From the NCBI RefSeq assembly GCF_006345805.1, contig NW_021832974.1, forward strand, positions 1,363 through 65,362: a DNA stretch of 64,000 nt, written 5' to 3'. The notes under the pieces are model-generated. The model worked only from the letters and a program-made list of their open reading frames with translations, did not search any database and had not been told where the DNA came from. The DNA is from Octopus sinensis. Its lineage: Eukaryota. This document shows positions 50,465 to 63,894 of this stretch, piece by piece; the first letter of the stretch is position 1; every line of letters starts with the position of its first letter. Position numbers and translations under genes: made by a program.

Positions 50465-52079
50465 TTAATGTCGACCCAACTCCTTATCAACCTAGGAGGA
50501 TGAGTGAGTGAGGAATACAAATTCACTGAGTTGTTTCATGTCGATAAACTGGAACAGGGTCGACGGAAATAGATTCGAATAACCTGCGCATATCATCGTC
50601 GCCCAATGTTTGAATCTGTCCGAATTCTTGAGAAGATAAACAATTCTGTTCCTCATATCAAAGCCATGCTGCATCTGCATCTGAAAACGGTGGCGAGGGT
50701 CCATTTGGAGAGAATACTGAGCTGAGGAATGAGAAGAAGGACACACCCATATGCCGTGGCATGTCCATTCGGGGAGGGGGACGGTGGTCATAGCTAAACC
50801 GCTGGATGACATCGGGGGGCATCATGCGGGGAGGGGCGACGACAGGGGAGACAGTCTAGAGTAAAGAGGGAGATTACAGTGGTGTCTGGTTTGGGGGCAG
50901 TGGGGGGTGGTCTGTCGGCTCGGTACTTGAAGAAGTCGACGTACAACTTTTTGCCCTTTTTGGCGAACTTGTCAGTTCCGTGGAGTTGAGTGACGGCGTT
51001 GATGGCACTTTGGTGGTCGCGGAAGTTGATGTAGCCGAATCCGCGGTGGACTCCGTTGTCCTTCTCGAACTGGGATGAGTGGAAGAGGGCACCTTGAAGT
51101 TGCGCAACTGGCCGAAAGCAGTGAAAAGGGCGACCAACTGTTCGTCGGGGGTATCGCGGTCAAAGTTCTTGACGTACAAATGGTGGTGGAGGCGGGGTCC
51201 TTTTGGAGACTGCGGAGGTGGAGGTCGCGGACAGTTTGTTGAAGTGTGGAGTGACGCGGAGAGTGAACCCGGCGACCTCTTGGCCGTTAAGTTGTGCGAC
51301 GGCCTAGGGTGGTGAGGAGGACTGACGTTCTGGGCGGAGGCCTCGTGGGTGAAGGCGACGAATGCATAGTGGTCGAACACCTGAATGTGGGAAGGGAGGC
51401 TACCCTCGTGCTCTGGATGTCTCCATAGGGGGAAAAGTGTTGGCGGAGAGTGCTGTCGTCCCACTCCCGGAAGCCCACCACCTTCACATTCAGATTGCGG
51501 TGTCTGTTTTCCCGTTTGGTGAATGGCTGACAACTCCTGGGAGTGAGGAATGAAGGGCACAGTTTGCAGTCCCCGATTCGGTGGTTGTCCATCGTCAGAC
51601 AGGCCAACTTGGCGTCCTTTTCTGCCTCGAACTGGACATAGCCGTACCCCAACGACTCCCCCTCTTTGTTGTGCGTTATCTACCACTCACTCTACACTCT
51701 TACTTTGAACGACACGATCGGCCCGAACAGAGAAAACAGTTCTCCGAACGAACTCGACTCCAAGTACTTCGGCAGTCCTTTCACGAACACGTTTCCCGCA
51801 TTCCAGTCCTCCATTTTACTGTACGGACGTGCCCACATCACTCGGATCGGCATCCCGTTTATTTTGTGGTGGTTGTACCGCCCTATTGCCATGTCCCCCC
51901 GCCTCCGTGCTGTTGTAGATCGCAAATGCGTATTTCGTGTTGTGCTTCTTCTTTGAATACCTCACCTTCACTTCCACAAATCCATCGATCATCTTTAGTC
52001 TACTTTCCAGCTCATTTGATGACACATTTATGTCTATATCCCCTATGTACAACGTGTACGACTGACGAGGCACAGCCAT
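50465..52079 (-). CDS. Four-RRM poly(A)-binding-protein-like protein with a divergent C-terminal domain
   Basis: TLYIGDI, GMPIRVMWA, GNVFVKGL, SLGYGYVQFE, LYVKNFD, GFGYINF; RRM1-2 spacing resembles PABP; micro-introns. Confidence 0.75.
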
Positions 52080-53643
52080 GCTACACACGCCTATTCTATT
52101 TTTTTAAATTATTGCATAATTATATTCTATTTATTTATTACTATTCCCTCTTTCATTCACTATAATTTATATTGTACAAAAAACATACGCTAGGAAAGTC
52201 ACTAGGCTGGCCTATTATTATTTATTATACAGTACAATTGGGCTGCCTCGAGTGTGATTGCATTGCATATGTCATAACTTGAGAAATTATGTCATTTTAG
52301 TCACAATTTTCCTGGAAGCATTTCGCCAATTTTCCTTCCGATATTAAGCTTTGCGGTTTACTCAAATGTGCGATTATCATGACTGCGAAATAGTGTTTAT
52401 CCATCACACTCTGTTGTAGTCTATACATGCAAATCATTATAACATGAGCGTGACAGTAGTGACTAAAGTGTTGGAATATCGATCAAACAAGTATAATTCT
52501 TCGTGGCAATTGGTTTAATTTGTTGGCCCGATCTTTGGTCGGGAAAAAACAATCTTTTCCTTTAAAGGAGCAAAGTCGTTTGTTTGAGGTGCGCTAGCTG
52601 ACAACACGTTTGTGGATTATTTTCTAGAATTTCCTAATTTTTTTATTTATGTTCCAATCAACATTGAGACCGGTGCCTTGTCAGTAGTTTTGCCAATCCA
52701 GATCTTTTGGAGCACAGATCTTTAAGAAAACAAATGGTTGTTCTATAAATTTTATTTTCGTTTCCTGAGGTAATTGTAGATTATCATTTTCTCGAGATAC
52801 GTCAATATTTCTAAATATGGCCAATTCTATACTGTCTATTTTCAAGATTTGGTTTATTGTTCAAACATCGTACACCGTTAGAAAACAATTGTCATTAAAT
52901 GCACTGTTCAAAGAAGACTGTGCATACAAATAAAACTAAGAGAAAAATGAACAATAAATATAAAGAACCTCATTTGAAACAGACTTCGAGGCGGGATAGA
53001 ACGTTTGATAATAAACCTCTCAGGATTTTAGACAATTACGGCTGCAAAAATTAAAAATTGATAATCTTATTTTTTGTAAATTGTTTGAAAGTAAAAAAAT
53101 TGCAACTACTTTTAACTGTACAAATCTTGAACCATAATGGATAATTAAAGAATTTTGAACAAAACAAGAACTCAAATTAGAAATCCTCACGTGCGAAAAA
53201 AATTAATGCACTCGGAATGGAATGCAATTCTTTTTAAAAGTTTTTTTGAAAAAAATGATGAATATGGAAAACTCTTTTTTGTAGTAATTCTTCTAAAAAA
53301 GTTGATTCTTTATTAATAGGGAGGTTTTAAAAATCCTTATGTTACAGAAATTTTAATTCAGAGGATGTCTTTCATGAAAATAAATGCTACTCAAATATCA
53401 AATTACTTTTGTATTAAAAATACAACACCAACTCTTCAACCGCTAGAAAAAAGAAAAATAAAAAGACGACTATCAAATAAGTTGTAAAATTTTATGGATA
53501 CGGAAATCACGATAATTGGCAAGAATGTGCTACCAATAAAGAAATTTTAATTCTAAAGATGGATCTAATTACTTTATTATAATATGTCGCGAACTACGAT
53601 GCCGATCATAAATAATGTTCGTTTTTAATTAAATGTCAAACCA

Positions 53644-53892
53644 TGTAGGTCACGCCGGAGTCTCCTTGAAGAGGAGTATCTTGCCTATGAGAAGTGTGTT
53701 AGGAAATTTGAAATACCATCCCCCTTTTGGACGTTGATTAAGAATTCGAGACAAGGAAGAAATAAAAGGAGACGCACTGACACCGGGATCACTTAATTAG
53801 ACGATTACTATTCCTTTGTTCCCGGGGTTAAATAATAATAATGTAGGTCACGCTGTCAACTATGTAGGTCACCTTGGTCGCCAGCGTGGGGC
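53644..53892 (+). mobile_element. Possible LTR remnant with primer-binding-site-like 18-mer
   Basis: TG...CA segment with repeated TGTAGGTCAC, followed by TGGTCGCCAGCGTGGGGC (53875-53892), resembling the tRNA-Lys PBS TGGCGCCCAACGTGGGGC. Confidence 0.4.
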
Positions 53893-55264
53893 GCGACATA
53901 ATATATAGTCATACTAAAGCTCCTAACAACATATAGTTAATCAGGTATAGAAATGGACCTATGAATGTAGAAAAGCGTGAATAATCGGACACCACAACAC
54001 AATTGAATTGTTATTAAAAGACAAAATATAAAATGAGCAGACTATCACTTCTTGGACTGAAATGACCAAACACGTCCAACCTTACAAGAATATTCAAAAC
54101 AAATTAGTGGAAGGAACCCCGTGAAATGACACCCATAAGGAGTGCTTGCATCCAAGTCCCCGCATAAGGTGACTTCATCGACGGATGACAGTCTAAAGAA
54201 ATTTGGATTCTTTTCAGATCCTTGAAAACTTTTTATAAAGAACCTTGTAATGAAATAAAGAATTAAGTTAACGGTGAACTATAATCGGAGATGTGAAACT
54301 AAATGCAATCATTCAAAATAAAAGAAGTTGATCAATGGCTACGAAATGTGGGACTACATTTTGTCATATAATTGGTCTCTCTGCCCTATTGCAATTTCCC
54401 CGTAGACACTTTCCTGAACAAACTACATACAAATTCCATTTTATCAGGCAGTTTCCTAACTTCCGACTTGGGCGCAACCAAATTTGATTAATCTAAAAGA
54501 TGAGATGTATCTTAATCACCATTGGATATGCCCCGGTCAATCGATATGCAATTCATGTTAATAAATGGCTCTAAAAACGACCGGTGGGGACGACCTGGCT
54601 CTTTCAGTGAATTTCGGTCTACGTGCTCCGCGGAAACTGGCATTCAATGGGCAGTGCGGCGTAGTTGAGCTGACCGTTTAGCTCTCGAATACTTTTTCAG
54701 CCATCTAACCTTGCGATTATTGTTAATAGCTTTGATGCCTACTCGTCTTGCTTAATTTACTTAGATTTACTTATTCTATGCTTTGACATGTCACTGATAT
54801 GAGTTAATCTTTCCAGTTTCCAAATCAAGTCGAGTCGACACAAACAGAAATAAATAGCAAAAAAAAATAGCAAAATTAAAGACGAGATAAAACGCCCTTT
54901 AGGACACGAAAAAAATATGCTGTTGGACAGCTCGACTGAGCACATCCACCCCGCCTAATGTTCCAAAGTGCAATGGTCGACTAGACAGAGGCACAACCGC
55001 CTAATTGATCACGGCTGAGCACAACCAAGTAAGTGCTACCCATTCTTCGCACGTCTCAATTTAATTAAAGTTTTTATCAAAAATCATGTTTCAGATTTAT
55101 ATGCTTATAATTCTAAAATGTACTTATTCAGCATATTTTAACTAATTAATTAACATAAAGCAATATTAGAAACAATCCAAATTATTATATTCTTGGAAAA
55201 GAGAATTGAAAACTAGGATAATGTATGTTATTTGATGCCTATTAATATCGAGTAGATTTTTTTT

Positions 55265-55620
55265 TCCGAAGGAGGACAGTTTTCATCCTGGGGCTAATTC
55301 TCGTTATCGTTCCCCTGCCCGTGAGGCAACGAGTACTTCTGGCACGACACAGTTGGAAATGGGGATCTCTTACCTTCCGGGCTTAGCGTGGCGTTACGGG
55401 GTCCACCATGTCAGTTGGAAATTCCTTCGGATATGGCAACGCTCAGGAGGCACTTAATGCCTTCCGAAAAAGGACTCTTAGCTTCTCAGACCCTGGTACA
55501 TCGTCGTCTCAGGCCGATCTTGCGGGAAGGATTGAACCTTTCAGAAGGATCTCCCTCGTGGATCGGCGATCACGGGATTAACTATAATTAACTGGCTTGC
55601 CCGTATTGGTCTTTAAATAA
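55265..55620. other. Copy 2 of the GC-rich structured island
   Basis: Matches 16630-16985 with minor differences (a 2-nt indel seen). Confidence 0.3.
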
Positions 55621-55655
55621 TAATAATAATCTGTCTAACTTAGGATGGTCTACAG

Positions 55656-56052
55656 CAGCGGTTCTCAAATGCGGCCCCCAGGATTTTTTTTGCGGCCCGT
55701 CTAGAGTAACTAACTTTTTTAATTTTTTAATAATGTTAAAATTTAATTATTCATTCTTAAGGTTAAAATATCCATAATTGGTGATTTCATTAATCAATTT
55801 GAAGCACGTTTGGGGTACATTTATATAAATTTAATTTTTAGAATTTTAAAGAATTCCTTCCTTTAATGAAAATATTCGTAACTCCATTCAGCGTGGAAAT
55901 TAAGGATGCGCCTGCAAAGTTTTAACATACATGCGAATCAATATTTAGTAAAATGGAAAATATAAAAATATATAAAATATTTTTTGTGCGGCCCGCGAAG
56001 CTAATCTTATTTATCGATTTGGCCCTTGAGCTAAAAAGGTTGAGAACCCCTG
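55656..56052. mobile_element. hAT MITE, copy 2
   Basis: Same TIRs and GTCTACAG TSD as 17024-17422. Confidence 0.92.
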
Positions 56053-56261
56053 GTCTACAGTAATTGATTTTTGATATAAAACTATAATTTGTACCTATGA
56101 TGACTAACGATGGTCTACTTATGATAATGATGACCTATAATCGTACTGAAACTATTACGTTCGAGCATTTTTAATTATTGCTCTTTTAATAATTTAAACA
56201 TTTTACTTTCTAAAAACCAAGTTAATGCTAAGTTACTAATTGTTGTTAATTATCTTTTTAA

Positions 56262-56960
56262 GGCTTTAAAATGCGCCTTCATAACATCACTATCTTTAAC
56301 AAAAATTGTTAGAAAATTTGGCAACAGTCCCCGTAGGCATGGTTAAACTTTTCCAGACACAGTTTTTGGACGACGAATTTCTACAAATCCGAGTCTTCCG
56401 TGACCTTCTTTTTTTGACCTAACCCAGTACAGACCGACGTGGAATTGGAATTGGACGTTCTGCATTAGTTCATAGTCGTTCTGTAAACGAACCCTTTAAC
56501 CTTCAATGTTAAATTAATATTTCAATCGATGCACTTTTATCTTTATTCAGTCATTTATAATAAGGAGAATTTAAGTGCATTACAGTATTTTTCTCAATAG
56601 TTTTGTAACTCGGAATTCCTCTAACACTTGCAAAAAAATAAAAGCAAAAATCTACCAGTAGATGAGTGAGGCGTTTGATTGTCTAAAAAACAGTCTTTCG
56701 AATCTGTTTTATCCACTCTTTCTTGAAATTCGAAGCCGAATGTGCTCTTCAACTAGTAAAGTATACAGTGTAATTTACAGGTTTTATAAGGAACTAAAAG
56801 TCAATGACTCGAGGTTGGATGACAATTATTCTCGGATTATTTCGCAACTTTGTTCGATAAATTTATTACCCAAAAGACGATTTTTTGATTAAAGTCTATT
56901 GTTCATAGTCATGAAAATTATTAGTGTGTTGCTAAATAGACTGATGAATACAAAATTCAG
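56262..56960 (-). mobile_element. Decayed Ginger-like integrase relative, copy 2
   Basis: Matches 17630-18330. Confidence 0.65.
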
Positions 56961-58980
56961 TAATTTACTCATTTTTCAGTTCCGCAATCAACGACTATAA
57001 CTAGTTTCTTGTCTTCTCCAATATTTGAGAGAGGGCTGATGAAGGATAATGTCTTCGAATTCTCCCATCGATAGTCACATTGGACTCTTCCAACTAAGGA
57101 ACTGCATATCAATCCTAAAGTTAACCTAGATAACGGCCAAGTGACATCAAGCAACCGATTTGCAGCAAGACCTCCGCACTCTGGAGATCTGCTTTGATAC
57201 ACAGGAATGAAGACAAGCTACTCTACCAATTTTCCTTAAAGGGATCGGTCTGGCCACCCCATCTGACTCATCGCGGATATTTCTGTTCTTTCTCAATACA
57301 ATGAACTGATTGCTTTGCCGTTTGGAGAAAACTGGGACTCCTCATTCCATCTGTCAATTTTAATAAACATGACTAATCCATGCCAAAGCATACAAAAAAT
57401 TAAGTGAACGCAGGACCAAGGAAAACTGGCCATCTTAAGAATGAATAGTCAGTCTTGAGCCCTGTGAAACAACGGGCTGCCTGTTGAACCACGAATCAAT
57501 GAAATTTGCTTACGTTTTGGTCTACCCGTTTCGGCTATGCAGCGGCTTACGGAGCTATGAGATTGGCTAGCACTCCTCCTCATGTCTTAACGTGATTGGA
57601 CGCTTCACAAACTGAGAAAGACATGCCTCACCCCAATGATGTGAGGACCAAAGTTTGTCTTTGTAACCATTGGAGAAACCCATACTCCTCTACAACTCGG
57701 GAGCATCGGCTTGACATGACAGGATTACAAAAAATGGACTCTTTTTACAGAGATCAGGTATGACTAATCTTGTCATAAAGCATGTTGTCGCCCGCAACGC
57801 GGCTCGGAATATCGAGAAATGGAGAAAGTTGTTAAAATAACTGCATACGCTTTGACTTTGTGCAGCGCCAATAATAATTCCAGAACATTCTGGATCCCGA
57901 TTTCTATAAAGATCCTGCAGTGTGTTTTGCAAAATTTTGAAAAACTAAACAAGTATCAACTCACCAACTCCTTTTCCGAAAGTCTTAAAATACAAATTAT
58001 CTGGGATGTACTAAAAATGCCATGTGTCAATATCGTCGACACTGCATATTCATTTATTGCATAAGATAAGTCCGCCGACTTTGTGTTAGAAAGCATATTT
58101 TTTTAACATTATTTAGTCCATAATTGAATAAATTACTCCTGCACATACAAGCACACACAGATAACGTACTCCCTCTAAAGTTTAATAAGGATCTAACATT
58201 CTATTAAATTTATTGGCGTTGTAAAAAGTGTTAAAAGATTAATCGATGGGAGGGCCAGCGGCCTGACGGATCGCCAAACTGTTTCCCCGCACATTTGTTG
58301 CTGACTTTTTGGATTTATCTCCAAGCCAACAAATATTTGTGAATAACTTATTCCCTGAATCAAACCATCTTTCTCATTCTCCACATATTTGTATTTCTTT
58401 ATCTCCTTCCTCCAATATTCTGGGTTTAGATTTAGTCCATTGCTGACTGTCACGTGACAATCCCCGCAAGAAAACAAAGATCTAAATATTTTTGACAGCG
58501 ATTGCTCTTATTCTACAACTGGAGGACTTGTTCTCACGAAAACAATTTTCCAGGTCTAGTTGGAGCTCTGCACTAACCCGCCTTCGTTTTGTGGATGTGG
58601 TGTCTGGTAAGAGCATCCAACCAATAGGAAGCCGGATGTTAGTGGCAATAGTGGTTAATGATAATCCCCGTCAAACCAATCAGTGATCAAAGGTCTTAAC
58701 GTCAAACTAGTGAATGAAAGGTCGCCTATTGATAAGGCTGCGTGATCACGACTATTGATTGTACTATTGCACCTGCAAAAAATGAGTCCTTGAATGGTTT
58801 GATGCGTGTCAAAAATAGTTCGGTCGCGGTCGGCTCCTGTCGACTTATAAGTCATAGCCGTCAAGTTGTGGCACGAAATGTCGAATCAGAACAACTCGCA
58901 GGTTGGTATTGCTATGCTTTGAAATGTCACTGATATGAGTTAATCTTTCCAGTTTCCAAATCAAGTCGAGTCGAGCAAGT

Positions 58981-59498
58981 ATGGCACGTGAGTAACCCCT
59001 TAGATTGCACGGAACGGAGGCTTCCCCTGAATGTGAAAATGTGTGGCCTTATTATTGCAGTGAGCAACACTCGGAAACCTCGAAAGAAGCGAGGAATGTT
59101 TCCGAAGGACGTCATCCTCAAGCTGAGGACGTGGCTGTGTGCGCACATGGAGGTGAGTATTGGCTGCCACGGTCGTAGCATCCCTACCCGACGGAGGACG
59201 AGAAGCGCGAGTTGTCTGAGCAAACAAAGCTCACAATTCTGCAAGTGAACAATTGGTATTGTGCCCCACTCAACTCAGGTTCATCAACGCCCGACGACGG
59301 GAGTTGCCTCGAATGGTGAAGGGGGCAGTCCCCCCAACCTATCCTGTCTACCCTGCCCCCAGTCGTCCTGCCGAATCATTCGAGTACCATCAGTTCGTGG
59401 TCCCCTCAGTGCTTCCCTCGATACCCCATCCGTACTTCCTGGGGTACCCTGAACCCCCTAGTCAGTGGAATTGTTATGACTCGTTTTTATATCGATAA
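58981..59498 (+). CDS. TALE homeobox protein, copy 2
   Basis: Same exon structure as copy 1; P>S and D>N differences near the C-terminus. Confidence 0.9.
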
Positions 59499-59535
59499 TA
59501 TTAGTGTTAGTACTACATTCGAGATATAGTCTTGA

Positions 59536-60506
59536 CTAGAATTTTAATATTCCCCCCACCCGCCTCACGACTGCCCTGTCTCGCCTCGATTTGGTCCCTG
59601 AGTGGGATGATGTCGTCGGGAATGGTGTGGAGGAGGAAGGGGGTGTGAGGGCGTGGGATGTGAGGGGGGGAAGTGGGTGTCTCGAGGGGGACTAGAGAGT
59701 GAGTCAGTTAATCAACCAAAGTTGGTGACATGTTCGACGCACTCACTCGAAATAGTCAATTTCCTGTCAAAGAAGTACTGATAGGCACACTCGTCCACCA
59801 CCAGCAGACTCACACTCCCTTCCCTCCCTTTTATCAGCTCGACCACCTCCTCGTGCTCCATCTTCTCCACATTCACGTCGTTCACCTGCACCACAATGTC
59901 CCCCTCCCGCACACCCGCGTCAGCCGCCGGAGAATTGGCAATGACGTTGGCGATGAGGTGCTTGTCCTCGTTCATCACCAATGTGAACCCGAAAGTGCCA
60001 CCCTCCTTCGCCCTCACTTCGCAATCTCGGGCTGAATACTCGGGGACTCCTTCCAATATCTCCTCCCGCTCTTCCACTATTACTTCTTCATTCTCCTTCA
60101 CTATTCCATCATCCAAACACTCTGATTCGGGCACTCTCACTCCCTCGGGAACACCCTCAGGCACTCGTTCTAATCCCTCCTCACATTGTTGCACTACTAC
60201 TTCCTCGGATGTCCCCTCACCCTCGGGCACTCTCTCCAGCACTCCTCCACCTTCTCTTCGCAATATTTTTAGGCGCAGCTTCTTTTTGGATTTTTTGATT
60301 TTGGAGAGGGCTTTTTTGTAGGACAACTTGTTGATGTCATATTTATCAATCATCAGCACTTTGTCCCCTTCCTGCAGTCCTGACATTTCCGCCGGACTTT
60401 GAGGGACGATGTTCGAGATGCGTTGACTCTTTGTTTCCTCGTCCTCAATCAGCCCAAACCCGAACCCCTCCTTGCACGCATCCAAGTTGAGTAAAATCTC
60501 CGTCAT
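59536..60506 (-). CDS. Two-PDZ scaffold protein, copy 2
   Basis: Main-exon protein identical to copy 1. Confidence 0.85.
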
Positions 60507-61222
60507 TGGTTGCTACCCGACAATGTTCGCTCAGAATGTATTTTATTGTATTCCGGCACACCGCCCAACATGTTTGTTTGTAGTTACACAAATATAATTA
60601 ATAATTATCCTTATTCCGACACACCTTCTGACTCCCACTAATCGGGTTCGTGGATTGTGCGTCTCCTTGGAAGCAAACAAGTCTTCTTTTCAGTCAACAC
60701 TCTCTTCTTTATGCCAGTTGACTACATTTCCGGCTATAGTGAATTTTTAGGGCATTGGAGAACGGAATAGCTGTTTATTAGAATTTTGATATTTGGTCTC
60801 GTTCCATTATGTAAATATTAGGGTACTTGGTGTCCAGAGAGCATACTTTGTTGTGGAGAGAACCAGGTTGGAGTGGATCCTCTGCATAGAAGAAAGGGGA
60901 GTCTGAACAAAACAGGAATAACAATAAAATAGATTGAATATTAGTTAATAATAAATGAGGACTGATTAGCATTATTCTTGGTACGGGAAATAACACAAAT
61001 AAATTGCGGTCGAGACGCAGTGGAGGATGTCTAGTGGATCGGGTCAACGAAGACAAGCCTGCAAGAAGAGAATGTCAGTGGCGATAGGAAGTGAGATGTA
61101 CCCGGAAAGTAATAAGAAATGTAAATGTAGGCGACGTGGAGCAAGTGGATGGAGTGGGTAGGAAGGTGAAGTGTGTGTGGAGAGTGTAGTCATTCGCGTA
61201 CAGGTCGTGGAGGAGTGAGGAG

Positions 61223-63894
61223 ATGAGACTGGACATGTCCAACTACAAGACAGTGCTGCACAACCCGACACTGAGTTACATATTTTTGGGATATGTGCTG
61301 AGAAGAGGGAGGGCGAGTGAATTGGTAAATGGTGTGCTCACTCAGCTATTCGCACTCCTCGTGGACTGTTTCACCCATTTCCAGCCTGCACACTTTCCCT
61401 ACGGACTGCCCGTGCTGGCCTACCAGATCTACTCACTCTTCCTCCACGAGCACTCCCCCCTCCACATCCTCCACAGTGAGGGGGTGGCCAGGGCACTCGA
61501 CGAAGGACACCTCGAAGGCCTGTTCGACACTCCATTCGAGGACAACCTCCACTCCCTCACTCCCCAGTTGGCCATGTTCTTCCAGGAGGGTAATCACCCA
61601 CTCACCTCAGATAGTGACACGTGGGACAAGTATCGGGGCACTGAGTTGACGGATGTCCAGGGACTGTTGGGCAGGTGGTGTGAGGGGGAGGGCGGAGTGG
61701 CCGTGGCCATGCACACTCTGTTCATGCTCAAGAAGGTGGGCAGGGTGGGACAGTCAGTGGGACAGTCCAAGGCCCAGTCACTGCGACCCAAACACCCGAA
61801 GTACTCGACCCTGTTGAGGAAGGGGCGGAGGACAAGTCACACGATGGTGGAGGTGGAGGTGAGTAAGGCGGTGTACTGCGGAGTGTGTGGGCGACTGATA
61901 TGGGGGAATGTGCCGCAGGCGTGGGAGTGTTTGAGTGAGTGTGTGTGTGAGTGTGCAGACTGTGGAGTGTTGGTGGGGCAGAGGTGTGGGGGGCAGAAGT
62001 GCAGTTTGGGAGGGCAGTGTGGGAGACGGAAGGGGAGTGGAGTGCGTGTGGAGAGTGACTCCGACTTGGAGTACCCGGGAGAACTGCCCTCGCTGGAGAG
62101 TGTGTTGGGGAGTGAGGAGTACAAGGCACTCAACTCGACCTCCCGGAAAGTGGAGAACGTGCTGAACGGTGTGTAGTGTGTATTATGTGGAGAGTTGACT
62201 CACACGGAACGGTCTCACGTGCGGACTCTAAAAGTGCTGCATGTCGTGTTCTACCGTCGACTGCAGGAGTGGGACGACCAAGTGGCTCAGTTCATATTCG
62301 CCGGACTGCCCGAACTAGTCCGAGTGCACTGTTGTCTTGTCCTCTCATTCACAGCCGCCGCCGCCCAGGAATTGAGACGAAGGAATCCAGTGGAGGACAC
62401 ACTCCCCAAACTGGCAGGACTGTCCACTCATCCTTAGTTCGCCCAGGTTCTCACTCCCAGTCTACAATTTTGTTGCCACCAGAAAGAGGTGCTGAATATG
62501 CTGGCCAAACGACTCATTTCCGACCAACACTTTGCGGCCATAATATCTGTCAGCCTGCTTTCCCACCACTGTTAGGAGGCCGAACAGAGCAGGCTATGTC
62601 GGGGACTCAAACTGAAGGATTTGCTGGTGGCCCAAATGCAGAGACTGACCAAATATCCCCTCTTTATCGACCAACTCATCAAACACTCCAAAGGGCTAAC
62701 AACCATCAAGCCACTGGCCACACAACTCCTCTCCAAGATGAGCGAGCAGACCGAGAGGGCCGAGAACAAACACTTTCTCAGCCAACTCACTGTCGAGGTC
62801 AGACAGGAAGGATCACTCATCCCCACTCCCTTCCAAGTTGGTCTCCCTTTCCACTCTAGACGTGGCACGTCCTCGACAAAACACTCCTTCACAAGGGCAC
62901 AGTCCGCCTTAAGCTTAGCAAAAAGAGTTACGAATGTCTCCTCCTCCTTTTCGACACCCATTTGGTCGTCCTCTTCAAAGCAGACAACTCTCGCCACGTC
63001 CTCCGAACATTTTCTGACAAGTCCGCCCTCAGTCCACACCCCATCTCCCCCGTCATCCCACTCTCACAATACCTCGTCGTCCGCATTTTCGCCGCCGGTC
63101 ATTCTCATCATTCATTCTTAGATAAAAAGTGCTTCCTCGTCCTACACCAACACAAACTACAACTCCTCACTTTCCACACTCCCTCCACTCTACTCGCCAA
63201 CAAATGGGTCGCCCTCATCACTCCCGCTCTCCTCGCCGCCCGCCAGGCCACCCAGGATGTCACTACTGCTCCTTCCAAGGATGCTACTCACGATACTACA
63301 ATCACTACTGGGGATGATACCGCATTGACTCACGATACTACAATCACTACTGAGGATGCTACTGATATCACTCACGATACTCCACTCACTACTGGGGATG
63401 CCCCGATCACTCCATCTGGGGATGCCACTACTGAGGATGCTACTGATATCATGCACGATACCCCATTCACTATTGAGGAACCCACTCCCTCCCAGGATAC
63501 CCCAATCACTACTGAGGAAGCACAACTCACTCTCTCCCAGGATGAACCCTCCCAGGATACCCCAATCACTACTGAGGATGCCCAACTCTCGCAGGATGAA
63601 CTGACAGGGTCACAGGATATGACTCCTCAGGATGATGAGCTGGGTGGCACACTCACGCGACTGAGGAAAATAAACTCATTAGTGGAGAGGTCGGCAGTGC
63701 TGATGGCGACGACTGTGTGTCACCCACTCAAAGATGTGGTGTGCCGACTGAACGACCTCCTCCAAGACATCCAGTCCAACAACCCCGATAACTCCCCACA
63801 CCTGGTGGTCTCCCTCGACCAACTCACCAACCTTGTGGGGGCTGTCGAGGTGTTGACTGTCAAGGATAATTCCAGTGAGGACGATAACAATTAG
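61223..63894 (+). CDS. RH-C1-DH-PH RhoGEF, copy 2 (frame intact where copy 1 is shifted)
   Basis: GTACCCGGGA here versus GTACCGGGA in copy 1; 6 extra nt at ~62812. Confidence 0.87.
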
